Both the position numbers and the translations under genes were made by a program. From IMG/VR virus record IMGVR_UViG_3300042502_001710, positions 12,966 to 76,965 of that record: 64,000 nt of DNA. The stretch is one strand, 5' to 3'. Shown one piece after another: positions 1 through 11,237 of this stretch. The stretch's first letter is position 1. Every line of letters starts with the position of its first letter. Origin of the DNA: a virus. The notes beneath the pieces were generated by a model that was not told where the DNA came from, did not search any database, and saw nothing but the letters and a program-made list of their open reading frames with translations.

Positions 1-585
1 TATGCAAACGCCCTGTCGAAATATAACGAAATATCAAACAGCGGAAGGTTTGGATTGATCAGTCCAATATACAAGCGTGCTAATAATTTAGTTGCAGTTG
101 CCCTTAATTCTCAGCCAGTTTCCATGAGCTTGAGTTCAAATCAATACACTGGAGATATATCTTATAATCTTAGCTTCAACAACAGACCAACAAATATAAT
201 ATCAGGGGTTATCGCTGAAAGCATTCAGGTTAATGATACTTATCCCGGAGATATTTTTGCAATTATTCCAGTTCTTGGCAGAGCCACTGGTCCAGTGCTA
301 CAATACATAGGCGGAAGAACAGAGTATAAAAGAGATGTTTCCATAAGCTTGACTATGGACTATACAAAAATAGCATATGGAGACAAAAGAAATACATTGA
401 TATTGAAAAAACCCAGTCTTGTTGAACCGACCGCTAGTCAAATAGCTGGATTAATAAACGAACTTAGTCCAAAGAATGAACCCGGAGTCAGAAAGTATTT
501 CATATCTCCTCCTAGCGAAAGTTGGAATCCTAAAGAAGGCACTTATTCATTCAATATCTCTTGGACATATGAGTTGGATCGTTAA
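1..585 (+). CDS. Putative virion structural protein, 5' end outside the window
   Basis: Frame 1 is open from base 1 to TAA at 583-585; beta-rich; first gene of the + strand module. Confidence 0.5.
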   Translation, partial: YANALSKYNEISNSGRFGLISPIYKRANNLVAVALNSQPVSMSLSSNQYTGDISYNLSFNNRPTNIISGVIAESIQVNDTYPGDIFAIIPVLGRATGPVLQYIGGRTEYKRDVSISLTMDYTKIAYGDKRNTLILKKPSLVEPTASQIAGLINELSPKNEPGVRKYFISPPSESWNPKEGTYSFNISWTYELDR

Positions 586-587
586 TC

Positions 588-1124
588 ATGACACATGCTT
601 ATAAACCTAAATGGTCAGATTTTTTTGACGCAGGGTTAGGGCCAAACCTTCCTTTGTCTTCACAGCAACAAACAACTCCAGTGTCTGGACTGTTGCCTTC
701 TGGAGAATCAAACGGTTTTGACTTTACTCAATCCCACGGAATGAGATCAGAGGCACCGTATTTCAGAGGCTATGGGATAAATGTACCGTTTCCATATCCC
801 AACGAACAAACAGAAGCGAAATATAAAGCCAGCGATATAAACAACTATTACAGTGACGCTTGGTGGGATGCTTCAGGAATATTAAAAACATATCCATCAG
901 AAGATGGTGTTTTATTCGATCAGAATAGGCAAAATGGCATTTTTCATTATAGTCTTGAAAGAAGTAGATTTTCTAATGGCCAAGATGCAAGGTCTAATCA
1001 AATAGAGGATTTTACTATATTCAACGACTACATTCATCATGAACTAGTTCTTCCAGTGGGAGTAATATCAATACCATATATTTCTACCTTTAGAACTTCA
1101 GTCAATTGGAACCCATACGGATAA
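588..1124 (+). CDS. Hypothetical protein in the virion module
   Basis: 178-aa ORF tightly packed between + strand genes. Confidence 0.55.
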   Translation: MTHAYKPKWSDFFDAGLGPNLPLSSQQQTTPVSGLLPSGESNGFDFTQSHGMRSEAPYFRGYGINVPFPYPNEQTEAKYKASDINNYYSDAWWDASGILKTYPSEDGVLFDQNRQNGIFHYSLERSRFSNGQDARSNQIEDFTIFNDYIHHELVLPVGVISIPYISTFRTSVNWNPYG

Positions 1125-1138
1125 TTTGGAGAGGATAA

Positions 1139-4100
1139 ATGTCAAATTTAGATAATGCATATGGAATAATTCCACCTTCAGGTGAATACGGAAAAGATTG
1201 GCCCGTTCATTTTAATCTACCTCAAGGAGCCAGAGGAGGTATATCCACTGGAGGTTGGACCGCAGATAATCTCACTATTGGAAACTTTGGCAATGAAGGG
1301 TTTGTACAACAAACATTTCTTGGAGCTTCTATCATTGACTTTGATTTAAGCGCAGGGTTTGGATCTTCATCATCTACAATGAGCGTCAATTTAATAAATG
1401 ACGAATTCAATAAATCAGACTCAACGACGTTGGGTTACGGAGACGATCCATACCATAACGGAGAATATGATACTTTCAGACCTCCCGTTGTTGGCACGCC
1501 AGTATTTTTTAAGTTTGGAAAAAACCCAGCAACAATAGATCAGGCTTTCCGTCAAACGTACGATGATCTGTATGGCATAGAAACCCTTCCTCCAAAAATA
1601 GCCAATAATGCTTGGGGCGTTCCATTTCCTACGTCGAATTGGAATCCAGATGATTTCTACGAATTGGAACCATACCATTTTGTTGACCGTCAAGCGAGAC
1701 TCATTCAAAACAGAAGTGCTTTATGGGACATAAACACATACTGGCGAGGACGTTCTCACTTTAATTTTGGTGGGATACTGCAAAGCTACACTCAAAATAA
1801 AGGCAACGGTGGCAAGCCAACGTATGCGGTTCAACTCACAGATCCTAGGGAAATTCTATCCAATGTAGCGGTTCTATTAAACGACTACCAAGGAACAACG
1901 TTCAACAATAAAAACCTTATAAATGTCTATGGGTTTTTAGAATATGACCCATCAGTTCAATTGCTGACAAGATTTTCAAGAGAAGGCGAAGCTGGAATTA
2001 TCACTAAGATTGTTGATAATTCTGGAAGAGTAGATTATGTTGGGGTTTTATCTAATTGGAATGATGTTACTGGTTGGGAAAAGATTAACAGTTCTGGTAA
2101 CATATCTCAAGTTACACCTTCACAGAGACAATGGGTTTCATCTGATGGATCGTTGACAACTGAGATAAACTCTAAGCCAGTTCTCTTGAAGGATGAATAC
2201 TTTTTTGAAGTAAACAATTCTATTGTCGACCCAGAAAATCTACCTAGATTTTTCCCAATCACTGGTCAAGGTTTCTCAAGAAGAAGCGACAAAGGAATGC
2301 CATTTTATCGCATTTCTCAAGCGTTGTCGGCACTGTTTCAATACAATGGGTTCATGCCACAAGAATATGTTCAAGCTGGTTTTGGAGGATCAATAAATTT
2401 TAGAGGATTTAATTATGTGGTTGATTTTGGTGGAATACCCACAGAAAAAATCCCACTATTGTATTACATGGATTTTAGTCAAATAGACTTGCTGAGCCTA
2501 GCTCAAGAGTTATGCGATATCATTAGTCATGAGCTATACGTAACATTGCTTCCGGTTATAGATCATCCATCATGTGAATTTTTATATAATTATAACAAGA
2601 ACCAGATATCTCAAGGAAAATCCGCAAATATTATAACAGGAATAATAAGACTAGATGCTATAGACAAAACAAAGCAGCCAAAATATGGCGCTATAAAATC
2701 ATACTTAGATAATTTAGAGTCAAGAGGCATCAACGTCGAAAACCAAGATGTTGGTTATGAATTGTCCAACGTTGTTACCGACAAGTTTGTTGTTGGTGCC
2801 CAAGAGGTCGAAACATATTTCTTTTCCACTGAACGTGACAGAGACACTCTTTGGACTTCAAATCAAGCGAATAATACCGCCAATATAACTTGGCTTCAAC
2901 AATTCCAATGGGATCTCAGAGTCCAAGAACAACAGCAACTTTTGCCGTATTATGGTATGATTGGAAACAAAGCTATATCAATACCAAGAGGCTTTGGTTC
3001 TTACCAACAGATTTTACTGGACGCCACATCTCTAAATGCTCATGGGGTTGGAAGCTATTACGTGGCGACAGAGATGGAGCTACGAGCAGCTTTAATCTCA
3101 TATGAAAAATGGAAAGATTTTTTATTATCATACAACGATACTTATATTGAAGATATTTCAGAGCACCGAGCTTTTTTAAGCACTCTGTCTGCTGGATCAG
3201 AAGCGATTCAAGCTCAATCGTTTGCAAAAATTACTGAAGCTGTCGGAAATTTACAAAATGGTGTATCAAAAGATGAAATCAGCATTGCTATAGATGCTTT
3301 GAAAGGCAGGCAATATGCAGTCACAGTTCCAAGATGCGTTTGGCATTCTGACAAACCTGTCGTTACTGAAGATGGATATCCAGCTAGTCCGTGCTCTCCT
3401 CCTTTTGGTTATCCTCTTTATTACAGAAGAGCCACCAGCATTGGAATACTTGAAGCTGGAATCAGTAGCCTTGTGAATGCAAAAACTAGATTGATAAAAG
3501 ATACAGAACATCTACAAAAAGGACTTGAAAGTGTTGAAGCTCCGATGCTGCAATTGCCGAGAGCTATAGATCATGTAGCTTATTTAAAATCTGCTTTAGA
3601 TAAACTTGGTCCTGCTGATGACAAAGAAAGGAAAGCATTAACAGAAGAAATTTCAAAGGCTGAACAAACCATACAGAACTATAAGCTATTACAATATAGA
3701 TTAAAAGCGGCTGGAGAAACAGTAGCTTATGTTCAAAATATAGGAAATGGCCCTTTGGGAAAATTCTTATTTAATATCGAAAAAACAGCCAAGAAACATG
3801 AAGAAAACGCGAAAAAAGTATATGAATTTGTAAAAGCGATAGCAGATGAATGTCTTGGTAAAAAGTTTTTGGTTAGACTTCCAAAGTCATGCAACCTTGG
3901 CTATTCATCAACGATCTCTACTTTCACTGGAACAACTACGTTCAATGTTAAAAACGGCCCTTTTGGATTTCCTCCGAAACCCATTTCTTCAGACCCCGCT
4001 GCTATCGGAGGAGTTTATTATGATATCAATAGACTTTCTGGCAATATAGGATCTAGACTGATGGAATTGAACGAACTGTTAAACAGCGATCCCTCAAACT

Positions 4101-6238
4101 TGTGGTATCCTTATTTACAGGATTATGTTTCAGATGAAGATCTATCTCAAAGACGTGGAGCTTCTGCTTCTTATAATTTTGGAGCCTTGAAAGGTAATTT
4201 TAATCCATTCAGTGAAGCTTGGGAATGGAATTATAAACCAGAATCACAAGGCGGTTTTTTTGGATTCAATGTATTTGGAGTCAATATATCTGCATTGCAA
4301 GCCCTGAAAAACGGCGTTCCTTGGAGTGCTCTGCCTCCGGCTATTCAGCAAGGTTTGTGTCCAGTTGATACTACGAATCTACTCAGCGAAACTAGTCGTG
4401 TTCAACCCTATGTGAGGTTTAATCACAGTGAATTGTTAGACTTTACTGGGGTTAGCAGTGACAGCATTGTTCAGCAGGTTGTTGCTCAAGGTGGTCAATT
4501 TATTGCAGATGTTGTACAAGAATTGCCAAACCACAATATAGATCAAAAAACAAGGTTTGAAGGTTTAGCGGCCACAGAAGCAGATCGCAATAAAAAAATA
4601 CTACAACCGCCATCAATGGCTTTTGTCAAGTGTAGCCTTGAAGAAAAGCTATACATGCCTCCGAGACTCAAAGATTATTCGTTGACTCAATTCGCAAGAA
4701 ACTATTCGTTTAACTTGTCTATTCCGGAACCAAAATTCGTAGAAAGCGTTGATGCTAACGGATGCAGGGCGTCTAAATATATTTTTGAAGAAATCGTTCC
4801 ATTGTTTTCCCTTCCTAAAGACGGGGGTGTGGATGGTACAGCTTCTCCTTGGGTTGATTTTAGCAGAACCTACAATGCAGATTTAGACAGTTGGATCATC
4901 GACACAGACACAGCACAATTAGACGACGAGCATGTGTATGCCTTGATCACTCTTCCCGGAAGAATAAAAAGCTCAGTAGACACAAGATGGAATGATGGTC
5001 AAAATCAAACCTATCAAGCAGCGCAGCTTAAACATCTGATGACACAAGATACTGTACAAATTCCGGAATTTAATTTCCCAGCAATTCCAGTTCCGGGACC
5101 ACCAAATTTAAGATGTGGCGCTCCACCATTGTCTATACCAACTGGTCTTTCGGACTATTCTGCGAAACAGGCACAAGCAATTGGTAGGGCAAAAGATTAT
5201 AATTTAGTTAATTTCGACACAGTGACTGGTATATTTGGATTAGATGAGGGTGAAATAGCATTTATACCCGGAAAAGTATCAGATTGGCTTAATTTATCGT
5301 TGGGAGAAATTTCATCAGCAAGATCAATTGCTAAAAAAATAGTAAAAGGAAGCATAGCAAACAATCCCAGTACTGCTATTAATTATATTCAACCGTCACC
5401 AGTTTATCCAGACTTGATAGCTTTACCGTTGATGTCTATGGAGAGATGTTATGGTCCGTGGATGTCAGCGAGCCAATTAAACCCAGAAGGGGATTCAAGA
5501 ATTAAATATTCTGATATTGGCGGCAAGGTAGAATTTATCAAGAATGAAAACTTAGCTCCTTGGAACTATGCTGGTTATCAATTGATGAACGAGGCAGGTT
5601 CTTTAGAAGCTCAGTTTTCAAACAGTTTACTTTTGTTTAGTGAACGAGGAGGTTTTGTTTTTCCTGACGCTCCAACAGGTATAGCGTTAGCAAAAGCCTT
5701 ACAAGCAGAAGGGCCGTTGATAACGTCTATAGGAATAAATGTTTCTCAAGGAGGAGTAAAAACGACCGTCAAGTTGGATTTATACACAGCTCAATGGGGA
5801 AAATTAGCGAAACAAAAAGAGATGGCAATAAGTCAAATGGCCAGAGAAAGACAAAAACTCAGAGATGAACAAAACAGCGCCATAAGAAGAGGCTTAGGAA
5901 AACGCGCAACTAGCGCAGATTTGGTGAACACTGTGATGAACGGTGGAGGAAAACAAATAATGGACTTGGTAAACAGTGTGACAAATCAAATTGAATCAAA
6001 TAGGCAGTTTGGTGAAGAAATAAAAGAAGGAGTTGTAGCAGTTGGAAAAGATACAGGTGTTTCTTATTCTTCAGCGGCAGCGATAGCAAAGATACCCGGC
6101 TATGGTACTCAGCAGGTTTTAAATTCAACAGCAGTATCATCTATGGGCGATGTACTTCAAGCCTATGCACAGGGACCAAACGCATCTTTGCCGTCAATGG
6201 AAATTCAACAAAACTTTTCTGACTTAAATTTTCTATAA
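1139..6238 (+). CDS. Large putative tail/baseplate hub-like protein (1699 aa)
   Basis: GGAGAGGA RBS; internal coiled coil; C-terminal 'LITSIGINVSQGGVKTTVKL' resembles the end of tail hub proteins; function inferred. Confidence 0.55.
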   Translation: MSNLDNAYGIIPPSGEYGKDWPVHFNLPQGARGGISTGGWTADNLTIGNFGNEGFVQQTFLGASIIDFDLSAGFGSSSSTMSVNLINDEFNKSDSTTLGYGDDPYHNGEYDTFRPPVVGTPVFFKFGKNPATIDQAFRQTYDDLYGIETLPPKIANNAWGVPFPTSNWNPDDFYELEPYHFVDRQARLIQNRSALWDINTYWRGRSHFNFGGILQSYTQNKGNGGKPTYAVQLTDPREILSNVAVLLNDYQGTTFNNKNLINVYGFLEYDPSVQLLTRFSREGEAGIITKIVDNSGRVDYVGVLSNWNDVTGWEKINSSGNISQVTPSQRQWVSSDGSLTTEINSKPVLLKDEYFFEVNNSIVDPENLPRFFPITGQGFSRRSDKGMPFYRISQALSALFQYNGFMPQEYVQAGFGGSINFRGFNYVVDFGGIPTEKIPLLYYMDFSQIDLLSLAQELCDIISHELYVTLLPVIDHPSCEFLYNYNKNQISQGKSANIITGIIRLDAIDKTKQPKYGAIKSYLDNLESRGINVENQDVGYELSNVVTDKFVVGAQEVETYFFSTERDRDTLWTSNQANNTANITWLQQFQWDLRVQEQQQLLPYYGMIGNKAISIPRGFGSYQQILLDATSLNAHGVGSYYVATEMELRAALISYEKWKDFLLSYNDTYIEDISEHRAFLSTLSAGSEAIQAQSFAKITEAVGNLQNGVSKDEISIAIDALKGRQYAVTVPRCVWHSDKPVVTEDGYPASPCSPPFGYPLYYRRATSIGILEAGISSLVNAKTRLIKDTEHLQKGLESVEAPMLQLPRAIDHVAYLKSALDKLGPADDKERKALTEEISKAEQTIQNYKLLQYRLKAAGETVAYVQNIGNGPLGKFLFNIEKTAKKHEENAKKVYEFVKAIADECLGKKFLVRLPKSCNLGYSSTISTFTGTTTFNVKNGPFGFPPKPISSDPAAIGGVYYDINRLSGNIGSRLMELNELLNSDPSNLWYPYLQDYVSDEDLSQRRGASASYNFGALKGNFNPFSEAWEWNYKPESQGGFFGFNVFGVNISALQALKNGVPWSALPPAIQQGLCPVDTTNLLSETSRVQPYVRFNHSELLDFTGVSSDSIVQQVVAQGGQFIADVVQELPNHNIDQKTRFEGLAATEADRNKKILQPPSMAFVKCSLEEKLYMPPRLKDYSLTQFARNYSFNLSIPEPKFVESVDANGCRASKYIFEEIVPLFSLPKDGGVDGTASPWVDFSRTYNADLDSWIIDTDTAQLDDEHVYALITLPGRIKSSVDTRWNDGQNQTYQAAQLKHLMTQDTVQIPEFNFPAIPVPGPPNLRCGAPPLSIPTGLSDYSAKQAQAIGRAKDYNLVNFDTVTGIFGLDEGEIAFIPGKVSDWLNLSLGEISSARSIAKKIVKGSIANNPSTAINYIQPSPVYPDLIALPLMSMERCYGPWMSASQLNPEGDSRIKYSDIGGKVEFIKNENLAPWNYAGYQLMNEAGSLEAQFSNSLLLFSERGGFVFPDAPTGIALAKALQAEGPLITSIGINVSQGGVKTTVKLDLYTAQWGKLAKQKEMAISQMARERQKLRDEQNSAIRRGLGKRATSADLVNTVMNGGGKQIMDLVNSVTNQIESNRQFGEEIKEGVVAVGKDTGVSYSSAAAIAKIPGYGTQQVLNSTAVSSMGDVLQAYAQGPNASLPSMEIQQNFSDLNFL

Positions 6239-6267
6239 TGTAACGATGGACTCAAAAGGAGGAACAT

Positions 6268-9200
6268 ATGATACAGCAAAATAAAGGTGATATTCATTTA
6301 TTTACTACAAATCACCCTTGGTTTTTAGAAATAGGACTCAGTAGTTTCACAACGGGCACGCTCATCGATTGGTGGAATCAAAAAACCGCTGATGGTAGAT
6401 ATCTCAACAGAAGACATATAAACCAACCAGCAACCTTGTCGGACCCTTTAGATAATCCAGCCAACGGCTTAGATAAACTTTTAGGTATAACTATAGGTAC
6501 TGAATTTTTCTGGGATGGATGGAAACCAAACAGAGAAATACCAAATGCTGGAAGATTTAAAAAACAGAATTTAAGAGGAGCTTCAGGTAACGATGGAGGA
6601 CTACCTGCCGATAAATGGGAATATAAAGGAAAAAATATAAATAATGCATTGAAAATGACTGAATTAAAAGATGAAGATATATTGTATGCGATGGATTTAA
6701 GTGGAAACACTTTAGTGCCGCATGTCAAAGTTTCGGACGGCAGCGATAATGACCCATCTACACTTTTAAAAGTCATAAATCCGTTATATGGTTTGATTCA
6801 ATTAAACAAATGGATGGTTATGTATCAGAATTATTTTCCAAGAAAACTATGGGACAATAGTTTTATAAATCTCATTCCAGACTGGGCACTGCTCACTGAA
6901 ATAAAATGTAGCAAGGCAGGTCCATACCTTCAATGGAGCGGACCTGTAACCTTTTATGTTGACAATGGCGTTTTCGATAAATGCAGCATAACGGAAAATG
7001 TATTTTTCAAGCTTTATCTTGGCAATGAGTCAATGATGAAATCTGGAAACAACGCTATTACCATTAAAAATTTAACTATCGTCGGTCCAAAGGTTAATGC
7101 AATTGGAGTTACTCCAGACGGCAATGGTGACAGGTCCATTCCAAACCCAAACGACACCAGCTCTCAGACCGCTGCTCCCCTAGACGTTCAAATCAATCCA
7201 GTCACAGGAAAATGGCAAAGTGGAAATAAAAACATTTTAGCTAGATTAACAACACGTTTAGATAAAGCTCCCAATGGACCATCTAATGCGCATCTAGCAG
7301 TCAATGACATTGCTGGAGATTTTGCAGATGAAAAAAATACGTATTCATTTACACCTTCCAGTGGTCTTGCGATGCCTATTACCTCTCAAAACTTGGGGGG
7401 ATTACAATTGGCTCCTACTTACGAAATGACAAGAGAAGCTAGATGCTCATCAACGGCAGCTACAGAGGAGAAAAACAAAAAAATAACAGTAACAGTATAC
7501 AATTTCAATCCTGTAAGAGAATATAAGGATGGAGAAACGGTTCTGCTTACAGAAATGGATGGGAGATGGTATGTTAGTTCATTGGGTGAAGCAAACGCCG
7601 CGACAACAGATGTGGCGAAAACTTCTGTTGGAAAATGGGGTGCTTTTACATACATGGCAACATCCAGTGAGTTTTTCTTTAAAGCAAAAAAAGCTGATGC
7701 TACTCCGGTAAGTGTAACGCCAAGAAGTGCAGAATTAAATTTTCATAAATTGTATTATAAAAGCAGGCTCTCCCCTGATTACGGTCTTAACTATAATATA
7801 GACTATGGAGCCTCTGGAGGGTATGATTCTGCACCTTTCAATACCTTAACTCATGAACAGTGGTTCGACGATCCGGGATGGTTTCAAACAACATCTTTTG
7901 ATTATCTAGATAGTCAAATTTTTGGAATCAGAAATAAAAATGGCAGTCTAGGTCCAAACGGAGATAAATGTTCTATTTCAAGCACTTCTGCGACCATAAA
8001 TGCTGCTGGCAACTCTATTTTCAACAGTGATCCTGCAAGTAGAAATTCTGCTCATACTGGTACATTTTTTGGATGCGTATTTCCAGCAGGATATAATGGA
8101 ACCGAAGTTTATGACCAAGCGGAAGGAGTTAGAGCTTGGACAGTTGGTTCTCAAGTCAAAGGATCATTAGATGCAGCTAATTATTTTACAACCAAGAACA
8201 TCAATATAAACCCATTTGATCCTAATCCAGCTAGAAACAATTCTAATGCGAAATGTCAAGCCACAGAAGGAGGAAACTTTAGAAATCCTCCTACAGACGG
8301 CGACGGAGGCGGTAACAAATGGGCAAGAGGAACCTCGACACCTGACGCTAGCTTGTTTTTCTTGGGTGTTAATGAAGGAAGAAAAACAATACCAGCAGAT
8401 GTTATGTTGAATGCATCACCAAATGGGGTATATGGTAGCCCAATAAAGCCAATTGGTCTTTTTAATTTCATGAATAAGAAAGTTGATCATACAACAGTGA
8501 ATATTGTCAACTTGGTTACTGGAGGAGTTTGGTTAAATAAAGCTCCAACCACAGACACACCACCGGCAAATCCAAATGATAGTGCGTTTGATTTTCCTCC
8601 AAAGCAAAATGATAATTTAATGTTTAGACCCTTGAAACTGGAAGCATATCTTCAGTTTGGGTTGCCCCAAACGTTTATTACATATGGAAGTGAAATCGGC
8701 TTTGCCGCAAATCTATATATGGGTAGTGTTCAAAGAGAAGTGGGTGGTTTTTATGCCGAAGCAGCCAGAACTCAAGTAGATAAAACCTTTCCTATATCAT
8801 ATTTTGCCGCAGAGCGTGAAAAAGATAATTGTCTTTCTAATCGTGTGGCCCCAGAAGTTGGCGCAGCTTTAAAATGGGGTGGTTGGGTTCCAAATCCACC
8901 AACTTCGCGTAAAACAAGCTATGGTAGTAGACTTCACAAAGCAGGATATTGGAATACATCGCTTGGTGGTGGAGGAATGAATTGGACAACCAAACTGAGA
9001 GGTGCTTATCAGACAGATCCAGAATCCAATTGGGAGGGTGCTGCAGCATTTGGAGTTATAACAACAAGCACTAAAGTTAAAGCAAACGAATCGATAAAAT
9101 TTACAACCTCAAATTTATACGGAATGTCTGCCGCAGGCGGACCCGGTCCAATCCAGACTTCTTTTGGATTATTACCACAAGATCAAGAAAAGACTTGGGG

Positions 9201-10404
9201 GGTTAGTAATTTCGTGGACAGTTACAAGCAGGCTCATATCATAGATTTGAGTGTGAGGATCTATCAAGGTCACGACTCTTCGTCCACTGTGTATGACCCA
9301 AGATACTTTGCTGTTCACCATTTTAATCCGGGTGTAGAATCTCTTGACAATGAGGACAGAAATCCGTTATCAGTAAATTTTAACAATTTAAAAACAAATT
9401 TTGGAGCAAACGGCGTAGATTTAGATAGTGTAACCTATACTTATGAAGAAGCTAGCGGTGTGGACATTAAAATTCCTTCTAGATATCAAGATGCTCATAC
9501 AGAGGGATCTACAAAAGAACCAGTAACATTGCTTACTGGAACTTTTGTTTTTGAAGATGCAACGTATGATTATGATTCAAAAAAACCACCAATCATGTCA
9601 TCGCAATACTGGAATTTAGAAAAACAAAGAACAGGGAAATTATTACCTTACCGTTATGAATTCTTGACAATGACTATTCCAGCGGACATTGGAGAGACTA
9701 TAGTTATTGATCGCATAGTTGATGAAGTTGTTTCTGTTGATCTAGTTACTAGAAATGTTCGAGATAAATTAATTGTAACAAATCGTGGTGTCGGTTATAA
9801 TGCTGGAGATACTGTTGGTATTCAGGCATTAAACATAGAGTTAAAAGTACTAACTACTGCCCCAAATGGGTCAATATTAACTTTACTAGTATTAAATAAC
9901 GGGGAAAATCTTCCATTATCATTTTGTATGCCTAATTCGATTACAATCGGAAGTTTAAAACCTAAGCATAAAGTAACAACAATCGCACTGATAGCGGGTT
10001 CTACAGGAAAAGATTTTGATGCATATTTTGTATGCGCTGAGGTGAGAAAAAAAACAAAGTGTGATCCCAAGCCATTTCTCATAAAGCAAGGTGGAAACGA
10101 AATTGTTAGAATTGCAGCAAATTTTGCTGGTCCAACTCACAAAGAGACGGGTAGGTCAACAGAAGCTGAGGCAGAATCTTATATAAACCAACCCGGCGAA
10201 GCTACATTTGATTTAAGTGTTGGAAATGTAAAATCAGCAGATTCAACCTATGACATATTTTTCCATTTTCATAACGATATCACCATGACTTGGTTGGCTT
10301 GTGGGGCAGTACAAGGTGAAAATGGACAGCCCCATGGAGACTCTAAGAATCCCGCAGAATCTGAAGAGCAACACGTCACAATAGAAAGTATTAAGTTAAC
10401 ATAA
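6268..10404 (+). CDS. Large putative tail/receptor-binding virion protein (1378 aa)
   Basis: AGGAGG RBS; G/N/T-rich; 'RGVGYNAGDTV...GSILTLLVLNNG' is a motif type seen in phage fibre/baseplate proteins. Confidence 0.55.
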   Translation: MIQQNKGDIHLFTTNHPWFLEIGLSSFTTGTLIDWWNQKTADGRYLNRRHINQPATLSDPLDNPANGLDKLLGITIGTEFFWDGWKPNREIPNAGRFKKQNLRGASGNDGGLPADKWEYKGKNINNALKMTELKDEDILYAMDLSGNTLVPHVKVSDGSDNDPSTLLKVINPLYGLIQLNKWMVMYQNYFPRKLWDNSFINLIPDWALLTEIKCSKAGPYLQWSGPVTFYVDNGVFDKCSITENVFFKLYLGNESMMKSGNNAITIKNLTIVGPKVNAIGVTPDGNGDRSIPNPNDTSSQTAAPLDVQINPVTGKWQSGNKNILARLTTRLDKAPNGPSNAHLAVNDIAGDFADEKNTYSFTPSSGLAMPITSQNLGGLQLAPTYEMTREARCSSTAATEEKNKKITVTVYNFNPVREYKDGETVLLTEMDGRWYVSSLGEANAATTDVAKTSVGKWGAFTYMATSSEFFFKAKKADATPVSVTPRSAELNFHKLYYKSRLSPDYGLNYNIDYGASGGYDSAPFNTLTHEQWFDDPGWFQTTSFDYLDSQIFGIRNKNGSLGPNGDKCSISSTSATINAAGNSIFNSDPASRNSAHTGTFFGCVFPAGYNGTEVYDQAEGVRAWTVGSQVKGSLDAANYFTTKNININPFDPNPARNNSNAKCQATEGGNFRNPPTDGDGGGNKWARGTSTPDASLFFLGVNEGRKTIPADVMLNASPNGVYGSPIKPIGLFNFMNKKVDHTTVNIVNLVTGGVWLNKAPTTDTPPANPNDSAFDFPPKQNDNLMFRPLKLEAYLQFGLPQTFITYGSEIGFAANLYMGSVQREVGGFYAEAARTQVDKTFPISYFAAEREKDNCLSNRVAPEVGAALKWGGWVPNPPTSRKTSYGSRLHKAGYWNTSLGGGGMNWTTKLRGAYQTDPESNWEGAAAFGVITTSTKVKANESIKFTTSNLYGMSAAGGPGPIQTSFGLLPQDQEKTWGVSNFVDSYKQAHIIDLSVRIYQGHDSSSTVYDPRYFAVHHFNPGVESLDNEDRNPLSVNFNNLKTNFGANGVDLDSVTYTYEEASGVDIKIPSRYQDAHTEGSTKEPVTLLTGTFVFEDATYDYDSKKPPIMSSQYWNLEKQRTGKLLPYRYEFLTMTIPADIGETIVIDRIVDEVVSVDLVTRNVRDKLIVTNRGVGYNAGDTVGIQALNIELKVLTTAPNGSILTLLVLNNGENLPLSFCMPNSITIGSLKPKHKVTTIALIAGSTGKDFDAYFVCAEVRKKTKCDPKPFLIKQGGNEIVRIAANFAGPTHKETGRSTEAEAESYINQPGEATFDLSVGNVKSADSTYDIFFHFHNDITMTWLACGAVQGENGQPHGDSKNPAESEEQHVTIESIKLT

Positions 10405-10412
10405 ACGATATT

Positions 10413-10434
10413 TTTGTGTATAATAGTGTATAAA
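10413..10434 (+). promoter_or_regulatory. Candidate phage promoter, GTGTATAA twice
   Basis: TTTGTGTATAATAGTGTATAAA in the intergenic gap; near-identical motif at 53267-53280 (-). Confidence 0.4.
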
Positions 10435-10459
10435 TCCAATCTTTAAAAGGGAGATTATA

Positions 10460-11212
10460 ATGGCAACAATTACATTTCATGCTAACAATGAGAATATTTA
10501 CCATGAAGGCACTGGGAATCAGCCAGACTTGATCGGAAGCACTGGTGGATCTGGTTTGGGCTTTTTTGGTGGTGGTTTTGGTATTTCTGTGCCTGTGGGT
10601 CAGTACCAAGACGCTACATACGTCACGAATGCGAACGGAACGGCTTCTGGCATCAAGTGTTCCAACGTTAAATACAATACGGATACCACAGCTTATATTC
10701 AGGGCGAAGGAGTAACAACTCCCACTTCTGGCATTCCAAACATAGCTGCTCCGCTCAATATCCGTTTTGAACACACGGAAGGGGTTCGAGTACAAAATTG
10801 TAAGCTGAGAATCTTTGACAGACAAGATATCAGCAAACATGCCAGCGGCGTTGTCACTCAGGTTTACGAAATAAGACACCCAAATCCAGTTATTGGTACT
10901 GATGTTGCAAATGGCGTTGCTCCTCTTAAGTTCAGAGGCGTGGCACTGGACAATGAATGGACACAATTTTCTGCTGGTTTTGCTATGGCAGATCTTCCAC
11001 TCACTTCTGGTCCCGGTCCTAGTGGTTTGAACACAAGCTCTGACGACACCATTGCGGCCATAGGGACGAACGGTTATACCAACTGGATCTCTAAGTCTGG
11101 AGAGGCTTGCAGGTCAAAAAGACACGACTGGTATCTTGCTTTGAGCGCTTCTCCGGGAAGCATAGGCAGCAAAACGGATTTTGGTCTTTATTTCACTTTA
11201 GAATATTTGTGA
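10460..11212 (+). CDS. Putative virion protein (250 aa)
   Basis: AAGGGAG RBS; Gly/Thr-rich; own promoter-like motif and terminator. Confidence 0.6.
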   Translation: MATITFHANNENIYHEGTGNQPDLIGSTGGSGLGFFGGGFGISVPVGQYQDATYVTNANGTASGIKCSNVKYNTDTTAYIQGEGVTTPTSGIPNIAAPLNIRFEHTEGVRVQNCKLRIFDRQDISKHASGVVTQVYEIRHPNPVIGTDVANGVAPLKFRGVALDNEWTQFSAGFAMADLPLTSGPGPSGLNTSSDDTIAAIGTNGYTNWISKSGEACRSKRHDWYLALSASPGSIGSKTDFGLYFTLEYL

Positions 11213-11237
11213 TATAAAACGCTACATATCAAAAATT

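Noticed and set aside
10391-10966. 191-aa antisense ORF, and similar ones such as 35482-35994 and 43743-44141
   Set aside because: Shadow frames of well-supported genes, with no motifs or RBS
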